64,000 nt of DNA, from assembly GCF_964204645.1 (NCBI RefSeq), contig NC_134025.1, positions 30,174,299 to 30,238,298 on the forward strand. The letters are read 5' to 3'. The stretch comes from Tubulanus polymorphus (taxonomy: Eukaryota > Animalia > Nemertea). The position numbers and the translations under genes are program-made. The notes under the pieces were generated by a model. The model did no database searches. It had not been told where the DNA came from and saw nothing but the letters and a program-made list of their open reading frames with translations. Below, in pieces: positions 29,219 to 42,800 of the stretch (position 1 is the stretch's first letter; every line of letters starts with the position of its first letter).

Positions 29219-30060
29219 AGGAGTAGGAATGAGGGAACTGAGGGAGTAGGAATGAGGGAATGGAGGGAGTAGGAATGAGGGAACTGAGGGAGTAGGAATG
29301 AGGGAATGGAGGGAGTAAGGAGGGAATGGAGGGAGTAGGAAGGAGGGAATGGAGGGAGTAGGAAGGAGGGAATGGAGGGAGTAGGAAGGAGGGAATGGAG
29401 GGAGTAGGAATGAGGGAACTGAGGGAGTAGGAATGAGGGAATTGAGGGAGTAAGGAGGGAATGGAGGGAGTAGGAAGGAGGGAATGGAGGGAGTAGGAAT
29501 GAGGGAACTGAGGGAGTAGGAATGAGGGAACTGAGGGAGTAGGAATGAGGGAATGGAGGGAGTAGGAATGAGGGAATGGAGGGAGTAGGAATGAGGGAAT
29601 GGAGGGAGTAGGAATGAGGGAACTGAGGGAGTAGGAATGAGGGAATGGAGGGAGTAGGAATGAGGGAATGGAGGGAGTAGGAATGAGGGAATGGAGGGAG
29701 TAGGAATGAGGGAATGGAGGGAGTAGGAATGAGGGAATGGAGGGAGTAGGAATGAGGGAACTGAGGGAGTAGGAATGAGGGAATGGAGGGAGTAAGGAGG
29801 GAATGGAGGGAGTAGGAAGGAGGGAATGGAGGGAGTAGTAATGAGGGAACTGAGGGAGTAGGAATGAGGGAACTGAGGGAGTAGGAAGGAGGGAATGGAG
29901 GGAGTAGGAAGGAGGGAATGGAGGGAGTAGGAAGGAGGGAATGGAGGGAGTAGGAAGGAGGAAACTGAGGGAGTAGGAAGGAGGGAATGGAGGGAGTAGG
30001 AAGGAGGGAATGGAGGGAGTAGGAAGGAGGGAATGGAGGGAGTAGGAAGAAGGGAACTGA
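29219..30060. repeat. 23-bp purine-rich minisatellite, roughly 36 copies
   Basis: Unit GAGGGAGTAGGAA(T/G)GAGGGAA(TG/CT); it explains the 304-aa and 283-aa low-complexity ORFs. Confidence 0.97.
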
Positions 30061-33000
30061 GTTCATTCATTCACTTTATCTCTCAATCAGATAAAAATAG
30101 ATAATAAGAAAAAAAACCTCATCAGAATGAAACAAGCATCAATGAAGCAAAACAACATCGGATGCAATTAATGATTATCCAGCTCTGCATCCCTCTGTGA
30201 AATTATTCATGCATGACTACTAACGATGGACAACTGATGGGGAGGCAATCATCATAACAACCTCTACGTATCAATAATCAATAAATGCTATCTGTATTCT
30301 ATAAATAGCGATTGATTCTTCTAAAAAAAGACATTTTTCTATGAGGTTCGCGTACGTGTTGGACCGGTATTATTTCGAGACTTTTCCACTATAATTAACG
30401 GAACAATCTCGCGCTTACGCCGGTATGAGAGTAGACTAGCGTGAAACGAGTTTTATCCGATGACACCAGTAGCAATTTCGCCCGGCGACGAAAATTACTG
30501 GTGTCAAAAAGGTAATTACAGCAGTCGTCATATCCTCGAAACGAATATCGATTTGTTAATCTCAAGTTTCATAGTTATACGCGAAATTGATGGCCATCGA
30601 GACAAAAGATGCAGATTTCATCATCATTCACCGAGATGAAATGGCCCATCAGTTGAGAGTTGCTAGTTAAATGTTTATCAAGTGTTCAGTCAACTGTACA
30701 TCGGCAACTAACGTAGAAAAATACAACATTATCCGAGGATCAGACAATGCCGTTAAAACTCTTCTTATCTGTTATTGTTGTATAAGAGAAAGGCATATTT
30801 CAACATCGCTGTAAGTCAGGGTCACGAAGCCTCCCTCGTAATACAATCGCAGTATTCATCATGAACCTCATTCAACGGTATTCAAATATTAACCACGAGT
30901 TGAATGCAATATTATCATCGAGTAAATAACATTCATTCTATTAACAATATTAGAACTATTGGCTGATAGAAATACTTTTACAATTTTACATCAGTCAGAA
31001 AATACAATTGCTTTAATAATTGACCACTTCTCCATGTTTGCATAATGCAGATGGGAGCTGAAAATAAGCAATATTTTGCGTATATGCTTAATAAACAGAC
31101 CCCAGAAATAAGCATTATTGACTTAACGTAAAAATGCTCAAGAATATTAACTATTTGATGAATATCACTGGTTCTTAATAAGCATCACTTTTCAATGAAA
31201 GATGATTAGATCAGGATGAACTCTGTGTCTAATATTTGACAGAGTTAAGCCACTTATCTTCTTAGCACCGTCCGATAATGAAGAACCAGAAATTAATTTT
31301 TTTCTGTTCAGGTCAAATACAGGTGACTGAGACTGAGCAGACAATCCTGTCAATTTCATACATTCATCTCCGATACACTGAATCATGTTAAACTAACTAA
31401 ACTAATTATTGTCATTTCGTAATAAAATCTAACTATCAATTCTAAAGGTTTCCATTGCAATTTTTAATGTCGATAATTATTCTTACTAAAAAAGTCTTGA
31501 AAAAATAATAACAAAACCAATTTATAAATTTTGTCCCGAATCACTTATTGTTGAAATCTAGGAAAAAATTCAAAATATAGAATAATCATATAACTTAAGT
31601 TGTCACTGTTTTTTAGTCCCAATTTATATTTTCTAAGTGTAAATCTTGTCAAGTTACGACATTGAGCAAGTTTCACTGTATTCCAACAATACACATTTCT
31701 TTAAAAGAAAGTTGAAAATTAACTGAGATGAATTTTAGATAAGTTTTTCAAAACTTACGAGTTCCATCGAAGCGTGTGGCAATCGTGTCCAAAAATGTAT
31801 TCTGAGGAGCTGTTAATCCTTTTCTGTTCGGCATTGTCACGTTATCGCATCGGCATTTCTAATTACGTATCATAGACTGATTGGAAATAATCCACCATCG
31901 CTTCAGCCGCTGCAGAGCACATGTTTCATTTACTGTAAATATAAAACAGAAAACGCACCGATTTCTAACGACTGGCAAACAGTACAACAGAGACATCTGC
32001 TGGTAAACGGGAGAACTAAACTCATCGATCATAATCGATCATTCGAAGAAAGAAACTCGGCAACAGATTGAACTTAAACACATCAGAAATAAATCTTCAG
32101 TTTGCCTTGGATCGATTTCAACCGAGACATAAATTTTATCAAACTCATCTTAGAAAATCAGAAAAATATCTATCAATAAATAGTGTGTAGACTTCGGTTA
32201 ATCCGAATCATATTAATCCGGTTTACTAGTAATCCGGATTAACCATTACCTGTATGTTTCAATTACTTACATTTATCTGTCTACTGTATTATTTGAAATT
32301 GTTCATACATAGCTTTGAAAAATAATCTGGACCAGGTTCCAATTCATCAGTTCATTTTCAATCAGGGCGACCACTTTTTTCATTGCTGAATTCCCCGAGT
32401 TTTCTGCGTTACAGGGCTATATTTCCTGTATCGTTATATGTTGAGGGCATAGCAAATGTTTTCTACAAGAAAAAGGACAGACTAATCAAAATGCCACATA
32501 CTGCAACTAATCATTTGACATCGTACAAACGTTGATCAAATTTCCAGAGATTTTTCAGGATTTTCCCAATTCCATATTTTTTTCCAGGTTTTCCAGGTCA
32601 GTTGTCTCTCAGATGATCCTGCAATTTAAATAATTCCATTATATCTAAACATTAATTTTCACCAACTTTTTATTGCAATTGAAAATATAGAACTCAAAAC
32701 TGTTAAAAAACCGCAGTAAATTAGAACGGCATTTCGATCGATAAATGTGAAAAATATTCCCAAAGAGCGAATTCATATTTGCAGCAAAGCTTCGGGGCTC
32801 GCGAAGAAAGATCTAATTTAGGGATGAAATTTAACAGAGTTTGTGCATGAGATTGAGGAATAAAACGTCTCGCTGTCATTCTGTTAACCTGCTACTAGCA
32901 CAAAAACAACATAAAACCAGCTGTTGTACGAATATACGGCATTTATTTATCATCGAAGCCTTAAAGGCTGTCTTCGAGAAGATATTTCAAATTCATATCA

Positions 33001-34037
33001 AACGCAACTTAGACAAGAATATTTGCATAAATGAATAACGAAAAAAAAAATGGTTATTTCTTCTGCAGATGTTGTTGATGCAGTTCATATTGATTCGGCA
33101 AATCATTCACATTTTCAGCTGTCACCAAATAATGCTTTCATATTTCCTGACACTTTCGTGAAATAAATCATGTATCACGCAAGGCACAGGAGATTCAACC
33201 GAATTTAAAAACTAATCGAAAATAAAAATCACAATTGTGTCAAGGAGTCGGGAGAAAGTGATTAAAAAATAAACCTATTGTGGTCGAGATCGCAGTTGTT
33301 TTTTGCGAAATAAATCATACAACAAGCGATTCACAAGATTCGTAATTCAAACAAAAAAAATTCTAAAAAACGAATTTGGTGGCAATTCTTTGATAAGTAG
33401 GAATATTCAATCCATGGTTATGAATCCAAAATTCCCAAGTTATCCCAAGTATCTCATGGATAAAATTCCCAAATGGAAGGGGCCGTCATAAAAATGAATA
33501 GATACCAACATAATACATGGATGTCTACATTTTGATAAAGATGATTTTTAAAGAAAAATTACGACACAGAAATATCACAGCATCACAAGTTTATCACAGT
33601 TTCAGTGGGAACTGTTGAAATCAAGCCTTGTTTGATCAAAGATAAATTGAAAATCATATCAAAAATTTGTTTTTGTTGAATTTGACGATCGATCAATTTT
33701 AATTTAATTTCAACGATTTTTTGAGGAATCAGTAATAATTTTCAGCAGATGACAATAAAATAACGTAAAGATAATCTGAAAATGATTTATAGGATTCTAG
33801 AACATGAAGAAATCAGTTGATTTTAATGATATTTCGATCGGTGACCCGAGGGAAAGGCGTCTGCAGCCACCATTCGGTTCATATCACGCAATTTTTCCAT
33901 CATTCTCGTCTCCCGCTAATTTTTTGTGACAATATCAGCGTTTCTTTGCATCGCGCAGCGCAGGAACACTTCTCCGTGAAACTACGACGATGATGACACA
34001 CGGGCGATGTCTGCAACGCTGCTGCGTACTGGAGACA

Positions 34038-34051
34038 GTTACCATAGCAAC
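34038..34051. promoter_or_regulatory. RFX X-box (strong consensus match) in a CpG-rich promoter-like island
   Basis: GTTACCATAGCAAC matches the X-box consensus GTNRCC(N0-3)RGYAAC. Confidence 0.6.
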
Positions 34052-34877
34052 ACAACAACCGCGATCAGTGGAAGTACCGTGTGACTGCACGTCCAACAGG
34101 TGCTTTAAAACTAAAACCAAAACACTTAAAAATTACTTGTTTTTTTAAGAAAAAAGATTCAAGATTTGAACATACCAGTGGTAGAATCCTGATGCGTTAT
34201 AACCAGACACATATCGAGGGGGTTTTGTGGGCTGTGTACAAGACCGTCATATGTTTTGATTTGCCCTTGTCTCATTATATGAAATCTTATGATCTTATCT
34301 TATTAATTGTAAGGATGAGAACAGGTTTTCCAGTTGGTAACACCATAATGAATGCATCAAATGAATTCTAAAATATGACACCTCAATCTCTAATATACCT
34401 CCAAATATGTCTTTTCAATCATCAAAAATGACCTTCAAAAGTAGTCCATAGATCAGTCCCTGGTAACTGCTGTATTTCAGGAAAAATAGTTTTTTCCGCA
34501 TAATAAATTTTGGTAAAATTCACTAATATGAGCAAGGATTAGTTGATTCTATTTGATGAATCATCCCTAACTTTTTCATTTGTGACAATCAAAAATTGAA
34601 TTATAATCCATTTAGACATAATTTGTAGATCATGAACATTCTTTCACAGGCCCCAGAAATGTGCACCATATCTTCATTCATAATAATCATTTTTGTAGTT
34701 TTTAACGCAAAGAAATGATCTCATTTTATGCCTCTCTCACTTTTCCCATTTATCCTAACATAATTAACCAATATTCAAAATAAAATATTACCCTACATAT
34801 AAAGCAACTCATTATTCTAATAGTAGGATATAATAGAATGATAACCACACTCAAACGTGGTGAACGGATAATAAGAT

Positions 34878-35052
34878 AAAAACCCACTATCTACGGATTA
34901 AAAGAATTTAAAAACAAGAATTTATTTATTCGCACACACACCTGACGATGATCTCTAGGGTGAGATCGAAACGTCATGTATTCTATATATTTTAGATTGA
35001 ATAAATAAATTCTTGTTTTTAAATTCTTTTAATCTGTAGATAGTGGGTTTTT
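34878..35052 (+). mobile_element. Penelope-like retroelement terminal fragment with an inverted end and a minimal hammerhead-like motif
   Basis: A 54-bp inverted repeat (34878-34931 / 34999-35052, 1 mismatch) encloses CTGACGA-T-GATCTC-TAGGGT-GAGATC-GAAACGTC, followed by AATAAATAAA. Confidence 0.7.
34938..34979 (+). ncRNA. Minimal type-I hammerhead ribozyme-like motif (PLE-associated, probably decayed)
   Basis: CUGACGA core at 34942-34948, 6-bp stem II, GAAA at 34968-34971, palindromic ACGU in place of stem III, GUC ending at 34975. Stem I is ACAC/AUGU with one mismatch. Confidence 0.55.
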
Positions 35053-36896
35053 TCTTCGGATATAATGATTATTATAGATGATCAAATTTCAAATGAATGA
35101 TTACGGTGATACTGACGAGATATTGCTTAAAGCTGCAAACCAAGCCACAAATAAATTACCACTACTTAAAAGCAATAAAGTACCAGTTCTCCTCAGGCTC
35201 CAGAAATTTATGGATACACTAATAATGCAGCAAGAGCTGCTGCCATAGATTGAAAAAAAATCAGCAAATTACTCGAAGGCACAAAGAATATATCCAACTA
35301 CTAATAACTTCTGATGTCGAGCTGTGGCAAAAAATCTCAAAATATTCAAAATAAGCTCAACTCGGTTAGGGCTAATATCTAATGATCTAAAAGTCTTTTA
35401 ATCTTCTGAATCTAAAAATTACCTGAAAATATCTAACGATTTTCTATGGGAATTTATCAATAATTTTTCTTAACTAAAATTTTTTGCTGCCATGATTCTC
35501 CAAAAGTAGTAATCAACTTAACCATTACAAATTTTCAAGAACATATGATTGAGAAGGGAGACATATAGTGGTTTCACTGGGAGATGGCAATGCACGTTCA
35601 TTGATGGGATGAATTAGGGATTTATCCAGTGACATTGAGAAACTTATTTCCGATGTGTAAACTGTCGTACATAAGGATTATGACTGAGCTATATCGCAGA
35701 TGAATTGACTCGCAACGCAAGAATCTGAAGAGTGATCTAGACAGCATCATAGCAACCAGTAAATCTATCCTTTGTCATATCAAAATCAGCTTCAAAATAT
35801 AAGTTGTTAATAATACAAGATTCTCCCAGGTTTTTTATACAGATATCAATTAGTAGCCGATAAATTGACTAAAAATTAGAGGTCCTCCATTTAATCAAGA
35901 TGATGATCGATTATTACAATTTTATGGTTGTTTTTGTTTCTTTTAATATTTATTCATGTACATTTTCGGCATTTATTTCACGTCCCCTCATCCTAGCATA
36001 TTTATAGAATTAGTATTATGAAGTCTTTGAATGTTTTGAATTTGTAGTTATTTCAGTCTAGTTTGAAGTTATTTTAGGTCTATTGTCAAGATTTTCTAGA
36101 TACAACTTTTAAATAAAACTGAGCTTCAAAATATATGAAGCCTGATTATTCAACATGATCAAGTGTCTGGGGTCTGATTGGGCCCAGCCCTGATTTGTCT
36201 CAGGACAGAAGTCACGGCTGAGTGCAATTATACTACACTATATTGCACAATTCCTTCATTCCTGCAACAGTTCATGAATTCAGCATCAAATAATGACAGT
36301 TATCAGAATGAAGGGCATTAAATGTGCTAAACAACCAATTATCCCAAAATCAAAATACGCTTAGGATATGATGATGCTAAACCAAATCGCCTTGGATCTC
36401 ACAGATAGTGATAATGAAAGTAAATCGTCCAATTATTAGCACGTGCCGTGGGACTGGGTGGGTACCGGTAATTGGAATCAAGGGATACAGTCGATGTCGG
36501 GTGTCAAGCAAGAACAGTGTCAAAGACGGATGCAGGACTAATTGCAGCATCATCTTGTCACATTGTCGCCACATTGTCACTAGTTTCAGCCTCCAATACT
36601 CACCGTGGATCTTTCCCGTATCGGTGATGAATTTGATTTCCCTCTCCTCGCTTACCACCATCCAGGATGGTGGCAGCACCATCTAATGAATATCCTCATT
36701 ATCCGGTCCCTCGGATGCACCGCATCTCTTCAGTGAAATTCCTCTAGTGTCCGATCTGACAATGTCCTCAATATATGAAACCAATAAATACCAATAAATA
36801 GATCAGGACCAACAATAATCAAAATTAAGAACAAATATATTTTTTCAAATATTTATTGGTAAAAAAAAACACAAAAGAATCATAATTCAGATTGTT

Positions 36897-39800
36897 CTAG
36901 GTGAACTGTTGCAGCGCTGTCTTCACTCTGTAACGATAGAAAAATATACAAAATCCTTTAAAAATAACTGAACCAAATTTTAATGTTTGGAGCGAGGAGA
37001 GAATTCAATCCTTACTTATCGAATAATGTTGAATCATTAGTACTGAGTAATTGCTGTAATACTTTTTGAACGCCCATTTCTCGCAGTTTTGCCTGACGTT
37101 CCATCGAACCTAGAAAAAATAAAATAATATAATTTATCTTTCACTTAAAGATAACAATGAAATGAACAATATAAATGCAGAATTAACATCAATAAGTGAG
37201 GGTTCAGTCACTGAACCCACAGGCTGTGACAACTTTGGACCAAGCCAAGTGGCGACTGTACCCAAAATATACACAAAATTAGTATAAAGAATATGACTGA
37301 AAATTTACTACTTTGTAATATTAACAGCAAGTTGAATGTAAAACTCACAACTGTAGAACAGGACCTAGTGCCATAGTTCCCCCGGTAAACTTGATTTAAT
37401 CAAACTCTCAGTTAAAGTTAGTTCATTATCAATATTCTAGTAAAATCATAACCGGGAGAACTGTGAAACTGAGTCCTCACTCATTGAATGAGATACAAGA
37501 CAAACACAGGGACGACACAAGAGAGAATGATACTAAAAAACAGACCTGAATAACTCCTACCTTCTTCCTCACTCCATATTAGATTCGATATACAAAATGT
37601 AGCCGCAGTTTGCAGCTTTACATTTGTATGAATCTGAAAAGAGAGATCGATACAACCATGTGTCAATCAAATTCGAATATTACAGCAGACTCCGCCCACT
37701 CAGCAGGGGCAGCGCTTCTTAAATTCTTACCATGTAATTCATGAGTTTTTTCAGAACGTCCTCGTTCGTGATGATGAAATCTTTAGCTGATTCTCCGTCT
37801 GCTACATTCGCTAATATACACAACGTCTATAAGTAATCAATACATATTCAATCTGAATTCATCATTTAATTACGTAAAATCTCCCAATTGTTAAAGACTA
37901 AAAAGTCTATTCACAATACTAGAAATATTTCGGGTGGTTTCTACCGCCCTTCTTCAGTATATAAACATAATATCAGACACAAATGACTGCACATAGTTGG
38001 GTTATGGGGAATAAGGCACTGACGTAATTTGAAAGGAGTTTATTATGAGGACTGAAACCTTTGTTAAGGTTGACAGAGCGATCGGAATGAGTAATAATCA
38101 AAGCAGATTTAACTCTTGAGAGATTGTTATTAGTAAAAATAATTTTAACTCCAGGGGTGGGTTTCATAGATGTGGAGGAAAAATAGTCATGGGAACATTT
38201 TGAAATTTGTCTGTTATAACCATGGTTTCTCATTGTTACTACGGTGGTTGTCATCCAGATTGAGGATTTACCCCTAGGGATAACTTTGATACTCGGTCTA
38301 TGAAACCGGGCCCAGGATATTATGAGATATTCTTGAGTTACCTGTTCCTTCACTTCAATTGGATGATCACCTTCCAGTATGAGAATCACTGCTTGCATTA
38401 TTTGATTTCCGTGTTTGCTCATTATATCATCGATGTGCTTCAAAAATTAAACAAAATCAAATCAAAACGTTCAAACTAAGAGGTTAAAACAGAGAAAATG
38501 AAAAACAGGGTTCGACTTACAGGTTTATTCGACAGTAAATTCCTCAACAGACCGAGAGTTTTCATCAAAATATTCACATTCGGATCGGCCAAAATACGAA
38601 ACAGTTGATCGGTGCCGAGTTTACATAAAATCTGACTTTTAATGCGTTGGTCGGCTTGAAACGCCATATTCTATAAATATCAAACGGGTTAAAAATGACA
38701 GGGTTTTGAGGAATTGTCTGCATGACTTTCATATCCCAACTACTGTAGATTCCTCCTAAATCGGTACTGTATATCCCAGTAAACTGTTAAATTGGTGATA
38801 TCAATTTTTTATCCCATATACTACTAAACTTGATTTCTAAATCAGTAACCACATAATTAAAATAATCCTCGTCCCAACTGTACCGATTTAGGGCCAGTCT
38901 ACTGTAAAACCTTGTTTGAATTTTTGAATATTTTGCTCAACAAATTAAAGGAGTTTCAAGCACCTTTAAAAGCATTTTCTGTTCAGAAGGAGTGTTGAAC
39001 CCTGACCCCGATTAGAATAAGTTAATGAGATTGGGAATTTTACCATGAGAGCCCAAATTCCGTTGAGACGTAAAGCGGGGTCGTCTCTTTTCGTTAAATC
39101 GACGAGTAAATCGACGGCGCCTTGTTCTAAAATCGGTTCTTTACACGGGGAGAATTCTAGCAGTAGATTACACAACGTTGACGACGCGACTGTTAATACA
39201 TCATCAGGAGCATTCTTTAATAACTGAAACAAATTAACAGTAAGTACACAACAGAACACGTGAACATGGTCAAAGATTCTACAGTCATGGTCAAAGATTT
39301 TGTGTAATTACAGCCATTTCAATCAAATAAAATTTCATGTCGAGTCAAATTCATATAAATTCTTAGCCATATTTCAATTGAATGTATTCAGATTTAAGAA
39401 TATCTATTCCGATTTACTAACTCTCTACCGGTCACTTCTGTCTGGTTATACTATTCTGGGATAGGTAGTAACTATTCTGATCAGTGAATGCACCAGAAGA
39501 GAATTCCAGAATCGGTAGAGACCAATCAAAACGTGCCTTACAGAAAACTACAGATGCGGACCCTTGAATCAGTTCCACTAGTAGAACTGAGAGTCCACAG
39601 TTAACTATGATTAATCGTTTAGTTTTAACCCACAGGTTTGAAGTTGTTTTACCTTCATCAATGGTTTCCAGACCGCGTGGTCCTGGAAACTAGTTCTCAG
39701 TTGTTGTACAGATCTAGATAAACTATGCAGACAAGTAACGGCAGCCAACGGAACTGAAGCCGAAGTATTCTCTAAACCGGTTACGATATGATCCATCATA

Positions 39801-42800
39801 TTCTCACTTTCTATAATCTACAGTCAACATAAACACAGATAACCAAAATATAGTTCAATTTCAAAAATAGAAAATGTGTTAAACCTCATTTTAATCAACT
39901 TAAAATTTCATCCAAACTGTGAATATTTTAAACGAATAATCCGTTTTCAAATATTCCAAACAGATAGTTTTACCTTTCTGCGAATTTCTTCATCGTTTGC
40001 CCCGAGCGAAGCGAATGCTAGAAACGCAGCTTTATGTAATTCATCGACAGTCGATTCAACCTGAAATAAAACAACAAATTAATAACTAAACAGTTTCCGA
40101 TATAGACTGAATTCATTTAACTACACAAGTCCTTAACTACTCAAGTGCATTATCGATTCATTCCAGATATCGATTTACTATTAATTTCTAAGAATGAGGC
40201 AAAAAATTCAACTCTTCAAATGACACTTTTCATTGAAATGTTGTAATGGCTCAGTATAGTTTAACATTAACAATCTTTTCATTAACTCTGTGTTTATTGT
40301 ATAAAGCATTAAAACAGTCTGTAAAGAGAATAGTGCCATATAGAAATAAACATGCTCCTTCGTATGATCAGTATTAAAATCCGGGCTCGGTTTCACAAAA
40401 AAAGTAAACTCAAATTTTCGGTGTAATTGCCAATGGTTACTTCATGTCTTCAATGAGGACAATTCAAACTTAACCGTTTTAGGCTTAAACTTCTTCGTGA
40501 AACTGGGACCTGATTGTACCTTTTTACTGTTCCCGTTCATATCACCGTTCTGATTATTAGACAGATGATTGTGTTTGAAGAAATCAGCGAGCGTTTTAAT
40601 AACGTGGTCCGTAATGCTGGCAGCTTGTTGCAACTCGGTATCGACCTCGATCAGATACGCTAACGTTTCAGCGGCTTCTATTCGCTCTTTGTAACTACGA
40701 TCTTTCTTACACATACGAATCAATGTCGGTAAAGCCTATAAAATCAATTTCATTCTAATGCTCGAACTGACTAACTCCTCTGCGAGCTACGAAGTACCAG
40801 TCTACATACCGGTAAACTCATAATCGTGATTTTACTCACTTTTAGGACAATAATAGAATCTTCAGGGTGTATAACACCAGCTCTGCACAAATAGGTCAAA
40901 CTATAAAATAGATTTTATCTCAATCAATGACAAACAGTTGAAATATAAGTGACAGAAATGAATTGAGAATATCGACGGATTCTTACCATTTTGCGGCGGA
41001 CATTTGCATTTCAGGAGGTTTATCACGAGCCAATAGTTTAGTGACTAGATTGGGTACAGTTTCACCATTATGACTCGCTACAGAGAAAATTCAGTTAGAA
41101 CCAATCAAAACCCTTTCACATTTTGCAAGAAAATAAGATAATACTGCAAGATGTTGAAATAGACCCAGGATCTGGTTCCACAGTTCCTGGTTAAGGTCGA
41201 GTCTTTTGAGTTTTAATTTGTAATTTCCAGTTACCCTAGACAAATGTTTACTCAGTACTAAGAAGCAGGATCCCGGCCAAACTGCAAATTTTGAAAATCC
41301 GCAACAATTAAATTCAACAATGTCTCTTACTCGATGCAACTGTCATCGCTACTTCTTGATTCTGGTGGCACAGCACGGCTAAACATCTCAATGTAGGCAT
41401 CTGAACCTAAAAATACAATATAACCAATAAGTCACATAATACGTGATAGTGAAGTGTTGTTGTAAACAGGAATATAAAATACTTACATTATAGATATTTA
41501 TTGAGAGCATCGGCGTTAATGCAGAGATAATACCACTGCTACAGAGCACAACTTGCTGATCCGGAGTCTGTGTACAAAATCAAATTTAATGTTTAAAATT
41601 TTACAGTTAATTCATAAATGAACTCAGGGGTGAACCCAGGACAACATCTAAGGATCTTATCATATTCTTTTCAACGCAAAGTAATTGTAAAAGGGCAGTC
41701 TGGCAGTTCAACTCCTTTAAGAGGAAAAATTCACTTCCCAGATTACAACAAAATGGGCCCTTCTCAGATTTGTTTGCTAGGTGCCTTTAAATAGATGGGG
41801 CACTCAAAGCCCCCGGATCTACCCCTGGAACTTGTAGAGAACTCGCATCAAAACGGAATAAACCAAATGAACTCACTTTACAAGCGGTGGCAAATATATG
41901 CGTGATACACTCTTGTGTGATGACAGATTTCGGTAATAAATTAATCAGATGTGGAATAATGTTGGAATCTTGATAAATACAATCTATAGGTGGATACTGA
42001 CTGGACATTATAGTACGTAAACATCGCAAACATGATTCGACGTATTTCAAATTCGAATGAAATATCCCTGAAATTACATAGAAAACATATTAGATTTAGG
42101 TGCATTTATTTTCAGCTAGAATAAACGACGTATTGAGCGGTTCTTCCTTATAGCACAGTAGTGGAATCCTAGACTATGGAACTAGTTTCAGAATGAAATG
42201 AACACTTTGAGAATGACCTTTCAGAAGAACCGAGACGCATCCATTTTCAATCAACCCCTGAATATCTTCTTCCGTTCCTTTAGATAAACTTCCCAACACG
42301 ACAGCAGATTCTATCATTAACTGAACGTCACAGTTTTCATCAATCATAAAATGAAGAAGCCTAAAAGATAAATACAAATTTAACTATCTTCTACACAGAG
42401 CCCGATAACAACCTGGTTCAACAGTAATGTCAGTTAAAATATGATTCTAGGGTTAAAATATGGTTACTAATTCAAACTCAAAATCAAACTTCTGGATCCT
42501 GAACTGTGACCGGTTTCGAGGGAACTGGTTCCCAACTGAGCTGCTAGATATTTACCTTGGGACGATACCAAGATTTACGAAATGTTTTTTCTGTTTATTG
42601 TTACCGATAATTGTATTTCTCAGAGTCCTAAAAAAAGAATAAAATGGAGTAGGCCAAATCAAGTACTTTAAGACTGTCACTCTGTCAGCTCAATCAAATG
42701 ACAATAATGATGCTGCAGACAATGACCAAAATGGTGGTAGGCTAGAGAATGTTACCTGATGGCTTCCAAACATTTATCAGCATCAGAAGAAAATATCTGC

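Noticed and set aside
29156-30070. 304-aa and 283-aa ORFs
   Set aside because: They are translations of a 23-bp minisatellite, open in several frames, with no domain
36220-36250. miR-92-like seed TATTGCAC in a small hairpin
   Set aside because: The stem is too short and the rest does not match a mature miR-92
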